A DNA stretch of 64,000 nt from Candidatus Palauibacter poriticola (GCA_012270965.1 JAAXHJ010000066.1:29183-93182); one strand, 5' to 3'; positions 48,681 to 58,820 are shown, counted from the stretch's first letter. Program-made: numbers and translations. The notes: generated by a model from the sequence alone, not told the origin.

Positions 48681-49877
48681 ATGCTGCCGGCAGCCCTCGG
48701 CGCCTGCGGGGGAGACACTGGACCAACACAAGCTGTCCAAGTCCGGACCTCGGACAGCGCTGGCGTGCGGATCGTCGAGTACTTGAGCGAGCCGGAGGTC
48801 GAGGCACCCTTCGCTCTGGCGGCGGAACCGCTGTACCGGCACGGCGCGAACCCGGGCGACTATGAGTTCCTGTCGGTCGACGCCGGCCGGCTCTTCCCGG
48901 ATGGAGGCGCGGTCGTCGCCGACTGGTACGGCGAAGTGGTCGTCTTGAGTCCGGACGGGACGACGCACCAAGTGCTCGCCAAGGTTGGAGAGGGACCAGG
49001 CGAAGTCGTCTCCCCCTACTCGGCGTTCGTCCTGGGTCAGGACAACGTCCTTGTGCCAGACAGTCGTCTGTCCCGCCTCACTCTCTTCGCCGGCGATTCG
49101 GTCGCGCGCATCGTGAGCCTCCCTCGGGCAGCCCACTTCGGTGTGGCGGGGATCGGTTCATCCGGTGAGCTGCTGCTCTGGAACCGATACCCCTACCGTT
49201 CCTGGTTCGATATCGAGGAGGACTGGCTCGTCGGACACATGACCCTGTTCGATACTGAAACCGGCACCCTCGACACGGTCGCGTCGTACGACCACTACCC
49301 GCGACAGCGGTCGGGGGTGGCGCGTCCGATTATCAACCCCGTTGGCGAGGTTACCGCCGCTGCGGGGCGGTTCGTCTACACGAGGTCCGACAGGCCCGAG
49401 ATCACTTGGCGGCTGCCGGACGGCACGGTGACGCAGATCGTTCGCTGGCGGCCCGAGCCCAACCTGCTAGCGGAGGAACTCCTGGAGCACGGCGAGGCGT
49501 ACAACCGGATGATCGGCCGGATGAACTACGGAGTATCCGAGGCTCGGCTCGAGGAGATCATTCAGGAAGACATGGCCCGGTATCGCGCCATGATCGGCCA
49601 GCCGGTGCCGTTCTTCGGCACCCCGTTCGCCGACGCCGACGGCAACGTGTGGCTCCCCTCCTTCCGGCCGGCCTACCCGCAAGAGGGGTCGCCGTACACC
49701 GTCATTTCCCCGGACGGAGAGTGGTTGGGACGGGTTGAGACTCCGCCCAAGTTCCGAATCCTCGATGTGACCGGGGGACTCGTCCTCGGGGTACTCAGAG
49801 ACGAAACGGACGTGGAGAATGTCGTGGTGTACGGACTGGCAGGCGGACCGGCCGAGGGCTTCCGGCCTACCTCGTAA
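48681..49877 (+). CDS. hypothetical lipoprotein, probably a beta-propeller
   Basis: Lipobox MLPAALGACGG; repeated SPDG..W / beta-strand-rich segments. Confidence 0.6.
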   Translation: MLPAALGACGGDTGPTQAVQVRTSDSAGVRIVEYLSEPEVEAPFALAAEPLYRHGANPGDYEFLSVDAGRLFPDGGAVVADWYGEVVVLSPDGTTHQVLAKVGEGPGEVVSPYSAFVLGQDNVLVPDSRLSRLTLFAGDSVARIVSLPRAAHFGVAGIGSSGELLLWNRYPYRSWFDIEEDWLVGHMTLFDTETGTLDTVASYDHYPRQRSGVARPIINPVGEVTAAAGRFVYTRSDRPEITWRLPDGTVTQIVRWRPEPNLLAEELLEHGEAYNRMIGRMNYGVSEARLEEIIQEDMARYRAMIGQPVPFFGTPFADADGNVWLPSFRPAYPQEGSPYTVISPDGEWLGRVETPPKFRILDVTGGLVLGVLRDETDVENVVVYGLAGGPAEGFRPTS

Positions 49878-50331
49878 GCACCCCGCTTATGGTTAGGAAC
49901 CCGCAGTGGTCCGTGTTGGCTCCCAAGTACAACTCGGCAGCGTTACCTCGAAACGCCAAGCTGGAATCGGTGGTCGTGACGGTCCCGCAGGTCGCATCCT
50001 CCCACGGTTCATTGTCGGAAGCGCCTCCGGTCGTCACGAATCCCGTTTGGTTGACGGTCCCCGTCCGGGCGGGGAGCTGCAGCACCTCTCCGGCGGCCGT
50101 CACGCTTCCGCTGAACGTAACCTGTGCGCCCGACTGGACGACGTTCAGAGTCATGGGGAAGTCGGCCGAGCCTGCGAAGGCCGACATCCGCAGCGTTACG
50201 AAGCCGGTGTATGTCCCGGCCACTTGAGGGTATTCGGGAGCCGGCGGCGCCGTGGGCTCCCCGCCACCGCATGCCGTGATCAGAACTGCCGACACCACCC
50301 CGAGCAGGATCCGTCCTTCGGTGCTGGTCAT
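49867..50331 (-). CDS. small hypothetical lipoprotein
   Basis: ATG with AGGAGG SD; lipobox VLITACGGG; Thr/Gly-rich beta-type sequence. Confidence 0.55.
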   Translation of the reverse strand: MTSTEGRILLGVVSAVLITACGGGEPTAPPAPEYPQVAGTYTGFVTLRMSAFAGSADFPMTLNVVQSGAQVTFSGSVTAAGEVLQLPARTGTVNQTGFVTTGGASDNEPWEDATCGTVTTTDSSLAFRGNAAELYLGANTDHCGFLTISGVLTR

Positions 50332-50465
50332 GAACGACCTCCTTGTTTCGCAAGCAGCGCAACGATCACTCGTCCGGCCATTCGTCCGGCGGATCGGCTT
50401 CGAGCGAAGTCCCGGCAGGCTGCGGATTCCCTCGACCGTCGTCAAGCTTTCGATAGGGGTCCCGG

Positions 50466-53400
50466 CTATCGCCGCCACGCGCCGGGCTCCGGGAGCCCGC
50501 GGCTGAGCTGGACTTCGAACTCGGTGCCGCCCCCGAAGATCGCAGCCGCGTCGGCCAGCACGGCCTCCCGGTCCGGGGCGTCGCGGAGGATGCCCCGCAC
50601 CGACCCGCTGCCGGGATCGCGCACGATGGCCATGGGCAAATCGCTGGCACCGTCAAGGGTGACGGAGCCGCCCGGGCCCGAAAGCGTGAGCGAGACGAGG
50701 TCGCGCTCCCACGCGGCTCTCATGGGGAGCACGAAGACAAACCCGGCGCCGCCGTCCGTGTCGGCCGCCTCCCGCATTGCGAAGTCGAGCGAGAAGAGCT
50801 CCGTGCCGTCCGCCGCGTACCCGGTAAGCCGGTGTTCGCCATCGGCTTCGGGGAGGAGCGGAGGGGCGTCGACGGCGAACGCCGGTTCGAGATACAATCC
50901 CCCATCCGGTCTGACGCCTCCCCACAGAAGGAGCGACTTCGCCGGAGCGCCTGGTGCCGCCGCCCCCTCCGAAATCAGCCGGTGCCCCAATGCGTTCGTG
51001 AAGTGGTAATCGCTGACCCACTCGGGATCGCAATAGGACATGAGATCCGGGCGGGATGGGGAGACCAAGCTTCCCCGGCCGAAATCATACCCCCACGCGC
51101 CGATCGATCCGTCCGCGTAGGGGAAGGAGGGATCGACACCGGCGGGGTCCCCGCACGGCGCATGCCGAAGATTCATGTTGTGGCCGAGTTCGTGCGCTAC
51201 GACGCTGGCGTAGGGTTGGGCGAAGCTCGACGTTCCGGGGCGATGCGCCACGCCGCCGATGTTGCGGCTAAGGGGGGCGACCATCATTCCCATGTAATGT
51301 CCGCCGCCGCCCTCGATGGCTCGAATCGCCGCCGTCTCGCCGAGCAGAACGTACGGGTCGTTGCTTGCGCTCAGCACCGGATCGTGGGCCGTTACGGAGA
51401 GGTCCCCCACCGGTAGGAGCGTTCGGGTATCCTCCAGCATATGGTGGCGCTCGGGGTCGGCGGCCACGGCACCCACCAGCCCTACAATCGACGAATCATA
51501 AGTCCCCGCCCACACAAACGGAATCACGGTGAGATCGAAGAGCGGCATCGCCCTGACTTCCACCGGCAGCCGACCCGTTTCGGGTATCCGTCGGGTGACG
51601 CCCAAGGCCGGATCCAACCTTCCCGACGGATCGACCTCCACGACCAGTTCCAGCCCCGGGTGAATCAGGTATCCCGGAATCTCGGCGTTGGATGACCGTG
51701 AGAGCAGGGCCTCGTTCACCTCGGTGGGGATCGCCGCGGACTTCGGCGGAATGTCCACCACGTGCGCCTCCCGCCCGTCGAGGAAAAGGCGGGCCCGCAC
51801 TTCCGGAATGCCCTGGCTGGTGGCGCGGGCGGCCGTCGGAAAGACGCGCAGCAGCGCCCTCTCGCCCGCAACCAGAGGAACGGGGTATTGTCGGGATTGC
51901 ACGGCCTGCGTCAGGTACGCCGCTCCTTCCCCAGCTGCGGTGCAGAAGGCGACGCGCCGTTTGGGGACGCCTTGCAGCCAAACACGGAAATCCGGATCCG
52001 AGGGTGCGCAGAGACTCGTGCCCCCGGCCATGAACTCGACGAGGCGCGTTAGGGACGTCATGTCCGCCGGGAGAACGCCCGCCATGCCAGCGTTGTTTGA
52101 CACATCGAGCTCCTCCAAGCTCACTAATTCCGCCAGCCGGGCCGGGATGGGGCCGCTGAGTCGGTTGTTGGCGAGCGACAACCAAGCGAGTTCCCGGAGA
52201 TTGCCCAGGTCGGGCGGAACTGGCCCCGTCAAACGGTTTCCGCCGAGATTCGCAAATGTGAGTGCAGTCAAGTTGCCGAGGGCGGTCGGAATCCCACCCG
52301 AAACTCGGGTGTCGTAGAGCCAGATTCCCGTAAGGCTGGTGAGGCGACCCAACTCGGACGGGATCGGACCCGTCAGATCATTGCCTCCCAAGGCGAGCGT
52401 CGTCAGGCTTCCGAGGTTCCCGAGCTCGGGCGGGATCGGGCCCGTTAGGCGGTTCCCGACGAGATTGAGCTCAGTCAGACGGACGAGGTTCCCCAGTTCC
52501 GGAGGGATCCTGCCGGTGAGTTCGTTCTGGCCGAGCCATAAATCCCGGACATTGACGAGGTCTCCGAGTTCAGGTGGGACCGGGCCCGTTAGCTCGTTGC
52601 CGGCGAGCCAGAGCCGAAAAAGACCGGCGAGATTCCCGAGGGCGGGCGGAATCCGCCCGGTGAGGCCCGTCCAATGAGCGTAGAGATAGTTCAGGTTCAC
52701 TAGGTTGCCCAACTCGGGCGGGATCGAACCCGTCAGGTCGTTGAAATTGATGGCAAGATACCAGAGGTTGGTGAGATTACCGAGTTCCGGCGGAATTCGC
52801 CCCGAAAGATCGTTGCCCCCCAAAGCGAGCAGCCCCAGGTTGGCAAGCTCGCCGAGCTCGGCGGGGATGCGACCTGACAGCTCGTTGTAACCAAGGTCCA
52901 AGTATTCCAAGCTGCCAATGGTGCCCAGTTCGGGAGGGATCGTGCCGGCCAAGCCGTTTCCAAGCCACCGAGAGGCATCGTCATCGTATACGTTGAGCCG
53001 GATCTCGGTGACCCGCCCGAGTGCGTTCGTCTCCACGCCGTACCATTCCCCGAGGGGTGCGGCGGTGAGCCAGCCGTCGTTGCGGTCCCAGTTCGGCCCG
53101 TCCGTCGCGTAATAGAGGGCCTCCAGAGCGTCGCGATCCGGGTTCACCACGGTGACCCGCGCCGTGCCGCGAGCCGTGCCCGCCGCCGCGGCAATCGTCG
53201 CCGTACCCTCCGCAGCCCCGGACACGACTCCGGACGAACTCACCGGGGCGACGGACGGAGCGCTCGACGACCACGCGAACTCCGCTCCTTCGACCGGGTG
53301 GCCGTTGGCGTCGTGCGCCGTCGCCGAAAGACGAAGCGTGTCGCCGGGTCCGAGCGTTGGAGCGGCGGGAAGCACCGCGACCGAGCGCGGCTCCTGTGCG

Positions 53401-54407
53401 ACGCGCACGGTCCCGGTCCCCGACGCGGAGCCCTCGGACCCGGAATACGTCGCCGTGATCGTCGCCGTCCCGTTGCGAACGGCCGTCGCGAGCCCGGACG
53501 CGGCCACTCTGACGACCGATGGCGCGCTGCTCGCCCACGTCACGGCGGCCCCGGGGATGACTCGCCCGGCGGGGTCTCGCACCTCCGCCGACAGCCGCAG
53601 GCTGGCGTCGATGGCCGTGAGCTGCGCATTGGGAGGGGTTACGGTTACGACCGGCGCCGGACGGCGCACGGTGACGCCGAACGCCTGGCTGGCGCTCGTG
53701 CCGTCGGTGTCGGTCGCGACCACGGTGACCTGGACCTCGCCCGGTCCCACCCCGGTTACCGTCGCGATCGTCCCGGCCAGGGACACCGCCACGACCGTCG
53801 TTCTGGACGAGATGGCCGTGTGGGTCAGCGCGTCGCCATCCGGGTCGCTGAACGCGCCGGTAAGGTCGACGGTTCTCGCCGCGCCCTCGAGGAGTTCGAG
53901 CGCGGGAATCGTGTCCATCGCCGTCGGCGGACGGTTGGGCACCGTGACCGCGAAGGACAGCTGGGCGCTCAGACCGCCGCCGTCCGTTGCGGACACCGTC
54001 ACCACCGCGCGGCCCTTGCCGACCGCCGTCACGGTCACCAGCCCGCTCGCCAGGGCAACCGCGACGACTTCCACGTCGGAACTCGTGGCGGCGAAGGAGA
54101 GGGCGTCGCCGTCGGGGTCCGAGAAAGCTCCCGAGATGCGGATCGACGCCGTATCGCCCACGTGTACTTCAACGGGCGCAAGTGAGGCCGTGGCCGCGGG
54201 CGGACGGTTGGGCGGCGGTGGGGGCGGAGGAGGAGGTCCGGCAGGCTCCCCGCCGCACGAGCCGACGAGGGCCGCGGCGGCGGTTGCCAAGATGGGGATG
54301 GTCGCCGTCACGTGGCGCGACCCCGGGCGACGGGGGCGCACAGCTCCAGTCCACCGCTGGAGCCGTTGGATGCCGCACGGGGTGTGGGTTCCTTCGCTGG
54401 GGAGCAT
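50466..54407 (-). CDS. giant surface lipoprotein: 2 cadherin-like domains, Big_2 domains, ~14 plant-type LRRs, C-terminal metzincin-like metallopeptidase domain
   Basis: Lipobox ILATAAAALVGSCGG, then PPPPPPPPPNRPP; cadherin-like DxDxDxL(T/S) motifs (SGAFSDPDGDALSF, TGAFSDPDGDALTH); LRR prefix DRDALEALYYATDGPNWDRNDGW; LRR consensus LxxLxLxxNxLTGxIPPELGNL repeated; zinc site VVAHELGHNMNLRHA (HExxHxxxxxH) and Met-turn DLMSY; start either ATG 54407 or GTG 54341. Confidence 0.8.
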   Translation of the reverse strand: MLPSEGTHTPCGIQRLQRWTGAVRPRRPGSRHVTATIPILATAAAALVGSCGGEPAGPPPPPPPPPNRPPAATASLAPVEVHVGDTASIRISGAFSDPDGDALSFAATSSDVEVVAVALASGLVTVTAVGKGRAVVTVSATDGGGLSAQLSFAVTVPNRPPTAMDTIPALELLEGAARTVDLTGAFSDPDGDALTHTAISSRTTVVAVSLAGTIATVTGVGPGEVQVTVVATDTDGTSASQAFGVTVRRPAPVVTVTPPNAQLTAIDASLRLSAEVRDPAGRVIPGAAVTWASSAPSVVRVAASGLATAVRNGTATITATYSGSEGSASGTGTVRVAQEPRSVAVLPAAPTLGPGDTLRLSATAHDANGHPVEGAEFAWSSSAPSVAPVSSSGVVSGAAEGTATIAAAAGTARGTARVTVVNPDRDALEALYYATDGPNWDRNDGWLTAAPLGEWYGVETNALGRVTEIRLNVYDDDASRWLGNGLAGTIPPELGTIGSLEYLDLGYNELSGRIPAELGELANLGLLALGGNDLSGRIPPELGNLTNLWYLAINFNDLTGSIPPELGNLVNLNYLYAHWTGLTGRIPPALGNLAGLFRLWLAGNELTGPVPPELGDLVNVRDLWLGQNELTGRIPPELGNLVRLTELNLVGNRLTGPIPPELGNLGSLTTLALGGNDLTGPIPSELGRLTSLTGIWLYDTRVSGGIPTALGNLTALTFANLGGNRLTGPVPPDLGNLRELAWLSLANNRLSGPIPARLAELVSLEELDVSNNAGMAGVLPADMTSLTRLVEFMAGGTSLCAPSDPDFRVWLQGVPKRRVAFCTAAGEGAAYLTQAVQSRQYPVPLVAGERALLRVFPTAARATSQGIPEVRARLFLDGREAHVVDIPPKSAAIPTEVNEALLSRSSNAEIPGYLIHPGLELVVEVDPSGRLDPALGVTRRIPETGRLPVEVRAMPLFDLTVIPFVWAGTYDSSIVGLVGAVAADPERHHMLEDTRTLLPVGDLSVTAHDPVLSASNDPYVLLGETAAIRAIEGGGGHYMGMMVAPLSRNIGGVAHRPGTSSFAQPYASVVAHELGHNMNLRHAPCGDPAGVDPSFPYADGSIGAWGYDFGRGSLVSPSRPDLMSYCDPEWVSDYHFTNALGHRLISEGAAAPGAPAKSLLLWGGVRPDGGLYLEPAFAVDAPPLLPEADGEHRLTGYAADGTELFSLDFAMREAADTDGGAGFVFVLPMRAAWERDLVSLTLSGPGGSVTLDGASDLPMAIVRDPGSGSVRGILRDAPDREAVLADAAAIFGGGTEFEVQLSRGLPEPGAWRR

Positions 54408-54487
54408 CGCGGTTCCTCGCAGGCGTCCCACGGGTGAATGATTACGCCGGGGCCGGGAGAGTGCGCCCTCCCGGCCCCCGGCGGAGG

Positions 54488-57400
54488 TCAGCGAATCCTG
54501 AGTGCCCAGACCGAGACGTGGCCGGGCGCGGGCGCGCCATTGGACGAGGTCACCTTGAGGCTGGTCGGCGCCATGCCGCCCCCCGGCGTCCAGTGAAGAT
54601 AGAAGGAGGAGCCGGCGCGGACGTTCCACGAGCCCTTGAAAGCGGCGTGCGAGGAGGTCCACGGGAGGAGCCGGGCGCTCTCGACGAAGTTGCTGAAGAT
54701 ATCGTAGAGGTTCCAAGAGGTCATGCCAACGGAGTTCCAGACGCGGCCATCGGTCCACAGTGACATGTAGAAGTTTGCAAGGATCCCCTCGATGGGCTCG
54801 CCGCCGACATCCTCCAAGGACGCGAACCCAACTTGCGGCGACTGTGTGAGACGCTTCATTAGTGCCTGTTCGCCGCCGGGGTAATCCCCACCCCAGCGGT
54901 CCATCGCGGATCTGAGGACCATGGAGGGGACGCCGTACACGGCATTGCCGAGACACGGGCCATCGTTCCCCTCGCTGGCCCGGCCGATCCAAGTGCACTC
55001 TTCCGGGGCACCGACAGTGCGGTCGCCGCCGCTCCCGCCCCAGCCGAAGAAGTAGGCCATGTCGGCAACCCACGCGTGAAGGTACCAGTTACCCCCGGCC
55101 TGATACTCGTCATAGTCCAGATCCCGGTTCGACCCGTGCCCGAACAGCCGGTAGGCGACCAGCTGCTGCGCCAAGCTGGCTCCGCCTTCGACCTCCCAGC
55201 TCGTCTTGAAGTCGGCCGACCCCAGCACCTGGGCGTTTGCCTGCACCAAGTGGGTGACTTCGTGGGTCAGGAGCTGCGGATAGAAATCGAGCAGGCTCTG
55301 CTTCGTCGTCGCCTGTCCAACGATGCCCGCCGGATCGGGCACTTGGACGTATGTAATCTCAGCCTCGTTGCTCGTCGCGCAGTCGGAGACCGGATAGAGA
55401 TCCGCCCATGAGACCCAGCCCCCCGCATTTTCGACGCGATTCACCTCCTGGGTCATGAGGACGAGTATCCGTCCGTTCCCGTCCACGTCGGACAGGGCCC
55501 CAAAGTAGCCGTCGAGCACCGGAGCGGTATGCCGGGTCAAAAACGCGTCAAGACCGGAGAGTTCCGCGTCGGTGAAGGTTCCGCTCGGATTCGCGATGTC
55601 GTCCAGCCAGATGCCGGTATCTCCGACGAGCCGGACCACGGCGCGAACCTGGGTGGACTGCCGGCAGGTCCGGTTGGGGTCGGCGTAGAGGGTCACCGTG
55701 TCGCCGCGCGCGTAGTTCACGGTGTCGGCGAGCGCGTCCACTGTTCGAGCCGGCCATTCGGGCGGACCCAAGCGCCGCGCCAAGCTGCGATTGCGCTCCA
55801 TGATCTCGTCGTGCCGACGCCGGTCGCGCGGTGGCCCGAGAGCCTCTTGATCAAGGTCCGCCGGCACCCCTCGTCCGGCCGCGTCGAATCGCGGCACCCC
55901 GGTCCCGCCCAAGTCCGCAGGCGCGAACGCCTGCGAGGCGGCGAGGAGGTGTGCCACCACGCCGCTGCCCTCGGCGGCCACGGTGGGATCGCCCGGGGTG
56001 CCCGTCATCGTGACCGGGGTCAGCGAGGACGGTACCTCCGAGGTCGAAACGACGCCGATCAGATACTCGGCCCCCGTCGCGGAACGAGGCAGGTGGAGAC
56101 ATCCGTTCCCGGCGTACGTGTAGAGGTACCAGCCCGCGGGAAGCGCAAGATCCTCCTCCCGCGCCGGGGTCACGCCGACCGCCGCGGCATCGTTCCGGCC
56201 GAACGCTGTGACGCTCAGCTGGACCGTCCGGGGCGGCAGGCAGTCGGCGTACGGCACGTCGATCACGAGGCTGGTCGCGCTTGCCGCAGTCACCGTAGCG
56301 GCGAGACCGCCGATCAGAACCTCGTTCTCGCCCGGCACCGACGCGAAACCCTGTCCGTGGATCGTCGCCGACTCGCCCTCCACGAGCACGGGTGGCTGCA
56401 CTCCCGTAATCCTCACAGGCACCGGCTCCCGCACGGACACGGCCAGCGTTTGGGTTGCGCTCAGGCCTCCACCGTCGGTCGCCACCGCCGTCACGACGGC
56501 ATCGCCCGCACCCACCGCAGCCACCGTCACGACGGTCCCCGACACCGTAACCGAAGCCACGCCGGCCTTCGATGACGTGGCCGTGTGGCTCAGCGCGTCG
56601 CCGTCCGGGTCGCTGAACGCGCGGGAGATGTCGACGGTCCGCGACTCGCCGACGATCAGGTCGAGGCCGGGAAGCGTGCCCACCGCCGCCGGGGCGCGGT
56701 TGGGGACGGTGACCGCGAAGCTCTGTTCCGCGCTCAGTCCGCCGCCGTCGGTCGCCGTCACCGTCACGACCGCCCTGCCCTGCGACGCCGCCGTCACCGT
56801 AACCACGCTGCCCGTGGTCGAGGCGGTCGCCACGGCCACGTCGGTGGAGGACGCCGCGTAGGTCAGGGCGTCGCCGTCCGGGTCGCTGAACGCACCCGAC
56901 ACCTCCACCGTCCGCGACTCGCCGACGGCGACCTCGATCCCGGGAAGCGTGCCCACCGTCGCGGGCGCGCGATTGATGACGGAGACCTCGAAGGCCTGCC
57001 GCGCACTGAGCCCGTCCGGGTCGGACGCCGTAACGGTCAACGTCGAGCTTCCCTGCCCCACACCGGTGACCGTCACCACGGACCCCGACGCCGCACCCGC
57101 CGCCACGGCGTCGTTCGACGAGGCGACGGCGAAGGTCAGCGCGTCGCCGTCCGGATCCGCGAACGCCCCCGACACATCCACCGCCTCGGTCTCGCCGATC
57201 GCGAGTTCCACGACGGGAAGCGTCCCAACGGCGGCGGGGGCGCGATTGGGCACCGTCACACCGAAGCTCTGCTGTGCGCTCAACCCGCCGCCGTCCGTCG
57301 CGGTTACGGTCACCGTCGCCGACCCCTTCGCCGCAGCCGTCACCGTCACCGAGGCACCCGACACGGAGACGGTTGCCACGCCCACGTTCGAGCTCGCCGC

Positions 57401-57724
57401 CGTGTACGTCAGCGCGTCCCCATCCGGGTCGCTGAACGCCCCCGACACGTCGACCGAAGCCGTCCCACCCACCTCCACCTGGACCGAGGGCAGTGCCCCC
57501 ACGGCGGTCGGCGCGCGATTGGGCGGGGGAGGCGGCGGCGGGGGAGGCGGCGCCGGGCCGGCGGTCCCCCCGCCGCACGCGGCGGACAACACCGCGGCGA
57601 ATCCGAACAGCACGGCGCACACGGTAGTCCTTGGTGCGAGCAGGGCAAACGATGAACAGCGCGGTGCCCGGGACGGATCAAGTGACGCCGGGTTCATTAC
57701 TGTCCCTTTCGTTCGAGTCGCCAA
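54488..57724 (-). CDS. giant surface lipoprotein: 4 cadherin-like domains, IPT/TIG-like domain, C-terminal gluzincin-like HExxH domain
   Basis: Lipobox VLFGFAAVLSAACGGG, then P10; four ~90-aa repeats with NRAPxAVGxLP...SGAFSDPDGDALTY; IPT-like PVRITGVQPPVLVEGESATIHGQGF; LLTHEVTHLVQ then SWEVEGGASLAQQ (HExxH...EGxA); C-terminus VSVWALRIR. Confidence 0.8.
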   Translation of the reverse strand: MATRTKGTVMNPASLDPSRAPRCSSFALLAPRTTVCAVLFGFAAVLSAACGGGTAGPAPPPPPPPPPPNRAPTAVGALPSVQVEVGGTASVDVSGAFSDPDGDALTYTAASSNVGVATVSVSGASVTVTAAAKGSATVTVTATDGGGLSAQQSFGVTVPNRAPAAVGTLPVVELAIGETEAVDVSGAFADPDGDALTFAVASSNDAVAAGAASGSVVTVTGVGQGSSTLTVTASDPDGLSARQAFEVSVINRAPATVGTLPGIEVAVGESRTVEVSGAFSDPDGDALTYAASSTDVAVATASTTGSVVTVTAASQGRAVVTVTATDGGGLSAEQSFAVTVPNRAPAAVGTLPGLDLIVGESRTVDISRAFSDPDGDALSHTATSSKAGVASVTVSGTVVTVAAVGAGDAVVTAVATDGGGLSATQTLAVSVREPVPVRITGVQPPVLVEGESATIHGQGFASVPGENEVLIGGLAATVTAASATSLVIDVPYADCLPPRTVQLSVTAFGRNDAAAVGVTPAREEDLALPAGWYLYTYAGNGCLHLPRSATGAEYLIGVVSTSEVPSSLTPVTMTGTPGDPTVAAEGSGVVAHLLAASQAFAPADLGGTGVPRFDAAGRGVPADLDQEALGPPRDRRRHDEIMERNRSLARRLGPPEWPARTVDALADTVNYARGDTVTLYADPNRTCRQSTQVRAVVRLVGDTGIWLDDIANPSGTFTDAELSGLDAFLTRHTAPVLDGYFGALSDVDGNGRILVLMTQEVNRVENAGGWVSWADLYPVSDCATSNEAEITYVQVPDPAGIVGQATTKQSLLDFYPQLLTHEVTHLVQANAQVLGSADFKTSWEVEGGASLAQQLVAYRLFGHGSNRDLDYDEYQAGGNWYLHAWVADMAYFFGWGGSGGDRTVGAPEECTWIGRASEGNDGPCLGNAVYGVPSMVLRSAMDRWGGDYPGGEQALMKRLTQSPQVGFASLEDVGGEPIEGILANFYMSLWTDGRVWNSVGMTSWNLYDIFSNFVESARLLPWTSSHAAFKGSWNVRAGSSFYLHWTPGGGMAPTSLKVTSSNGAPAPGHVSVWALRIR

Positions 57725-57868
57725 ACGCGTGGACCGACACCCGCGATGGTGCCGGATCCTCTTCGGTGAAGTCCGCGTTTCAGTCCGACAGGGTTGAGCC
57801 CGCGGGGATTGTGAACTCTCAGCCCGAAGGCGGGATGCCCTGACGCTTCGCTCGGTTGTGGCGGTAGC

Positions 57869-58502
57869 TCAGTCGATCACGAATACGACGCCAGCCTGAA
57901 TCGCGAGGAATCGTGTCTTGTTGCCAGCGTCGTTGAGCTCCTTCAATCCGAGGCTGTACAATGCATCCAGACCGAGCCCAACCCCCGTTCGGAGCGCCAC
58001 GTCCACGCCAGCACCAACCGTCACGCCGAAGTCCGCCGCAGCAACATCAGGAATAACCTCCCCGCAGCTCACACTGGCCCTCACGTTCTCAATGGCTTCG
58101 CCGTAGTCGCACGACAGCCGAAAGGCCGCCCAAGGCCCGATCAGCAAGTACCCCGGCCGACACCGGACCGGGCGTACCGAGCCGACCCAAGGCCGAGAAC
58201 TGCACGTAGTCCATGGATAGGTCCGCCTCCGCTCCCAGCAGTGCGGCTCCACCGCCCTTTTGCGCGTAGCTGCCTCCGATGCGGAGATCGACGGCGTCGG
58301 ATACCGGCAAGCCGAGATCCATGCCGATTGTAACGCCGCTCCTTGCCGTCCTCGCGAGGTCCTCATCAATAGACACCGTCCCCCGCCCGAGCCCCGCGCG
58401 GATTCCGAGGGCGGTCTGCGCGGCAAGGGGAGCTGTGGCCAGGATGACGACAACGATTGGAACGATGAAGACCGCACCCGTTGATTGCAGCAGTTTTCGC
58501 AT
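57869..58502 (-). pseudogene. outer-membrane beta-barrel (porin/OmpW-like) gene split by a frameshift
   Basis: Signal MRKLLQSTGAVFIVPIVVVILATAPLAAQ plus the first strands in frame 58089-58502; the beta-barrel continuation GYLLIGPWAAFRLSCDYGEA...LAIQAGVVFVID is in the overlapping frame ending at 57869; junction around 58140-58200. Confidence 0.45.
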
Positions 58503-58820
58503 GACCCCTTGCTCTCTCCATATGCGTTGTTGGGCACGACCCGCATAGGTGCCGGGCCGTGTCACGATCGCGTACGAGGTATGCGGAAAGTCCCACTTAT
58601 TCGCCTAGCCTCGGGGAGCTACCCCTCGGCTTTCGGTTGGCTATGGTATTCAGCGGGAGGCCCGACTCGGACCTCGTACGCTCGTGACGGAGGGTACTAT
58701 ACGAGGAGATGTCATCGAAGTACAGCGACGCGACCGCGAAGCGTTGTCCGCGCTCACGCTGACCTCGAACCGCCGCACAGGTGTCTCCGGGGCCTACGAT
58801 GTCCCCCCAGACAAGGTGCC

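Noticed and set aside
47739-49136. 465-aa extension of the infC ORF
   Set aside because: IF-3 is ~170 aa. The upstream 290 codons have no homology and run through a terminator hairpin. The GTG at 48251 with an AAGGAG SD is the start.
52339-52890. Plus-strand ORFs with repeated PSSGGIGPV peptide units
   Set aside because: These are the antisense reading of the LRR repeat DNA. The periodicity comes from the LRR coding repeats on the minus strand.
50466-55073. Full 1535-aa ORF as the LRR protein
   Set aside because: The first 222 codons overlap the end of the upstream lipoprotein gene and precede the lipoprotein signal peptide. The start was placed at 54407 or 54341.
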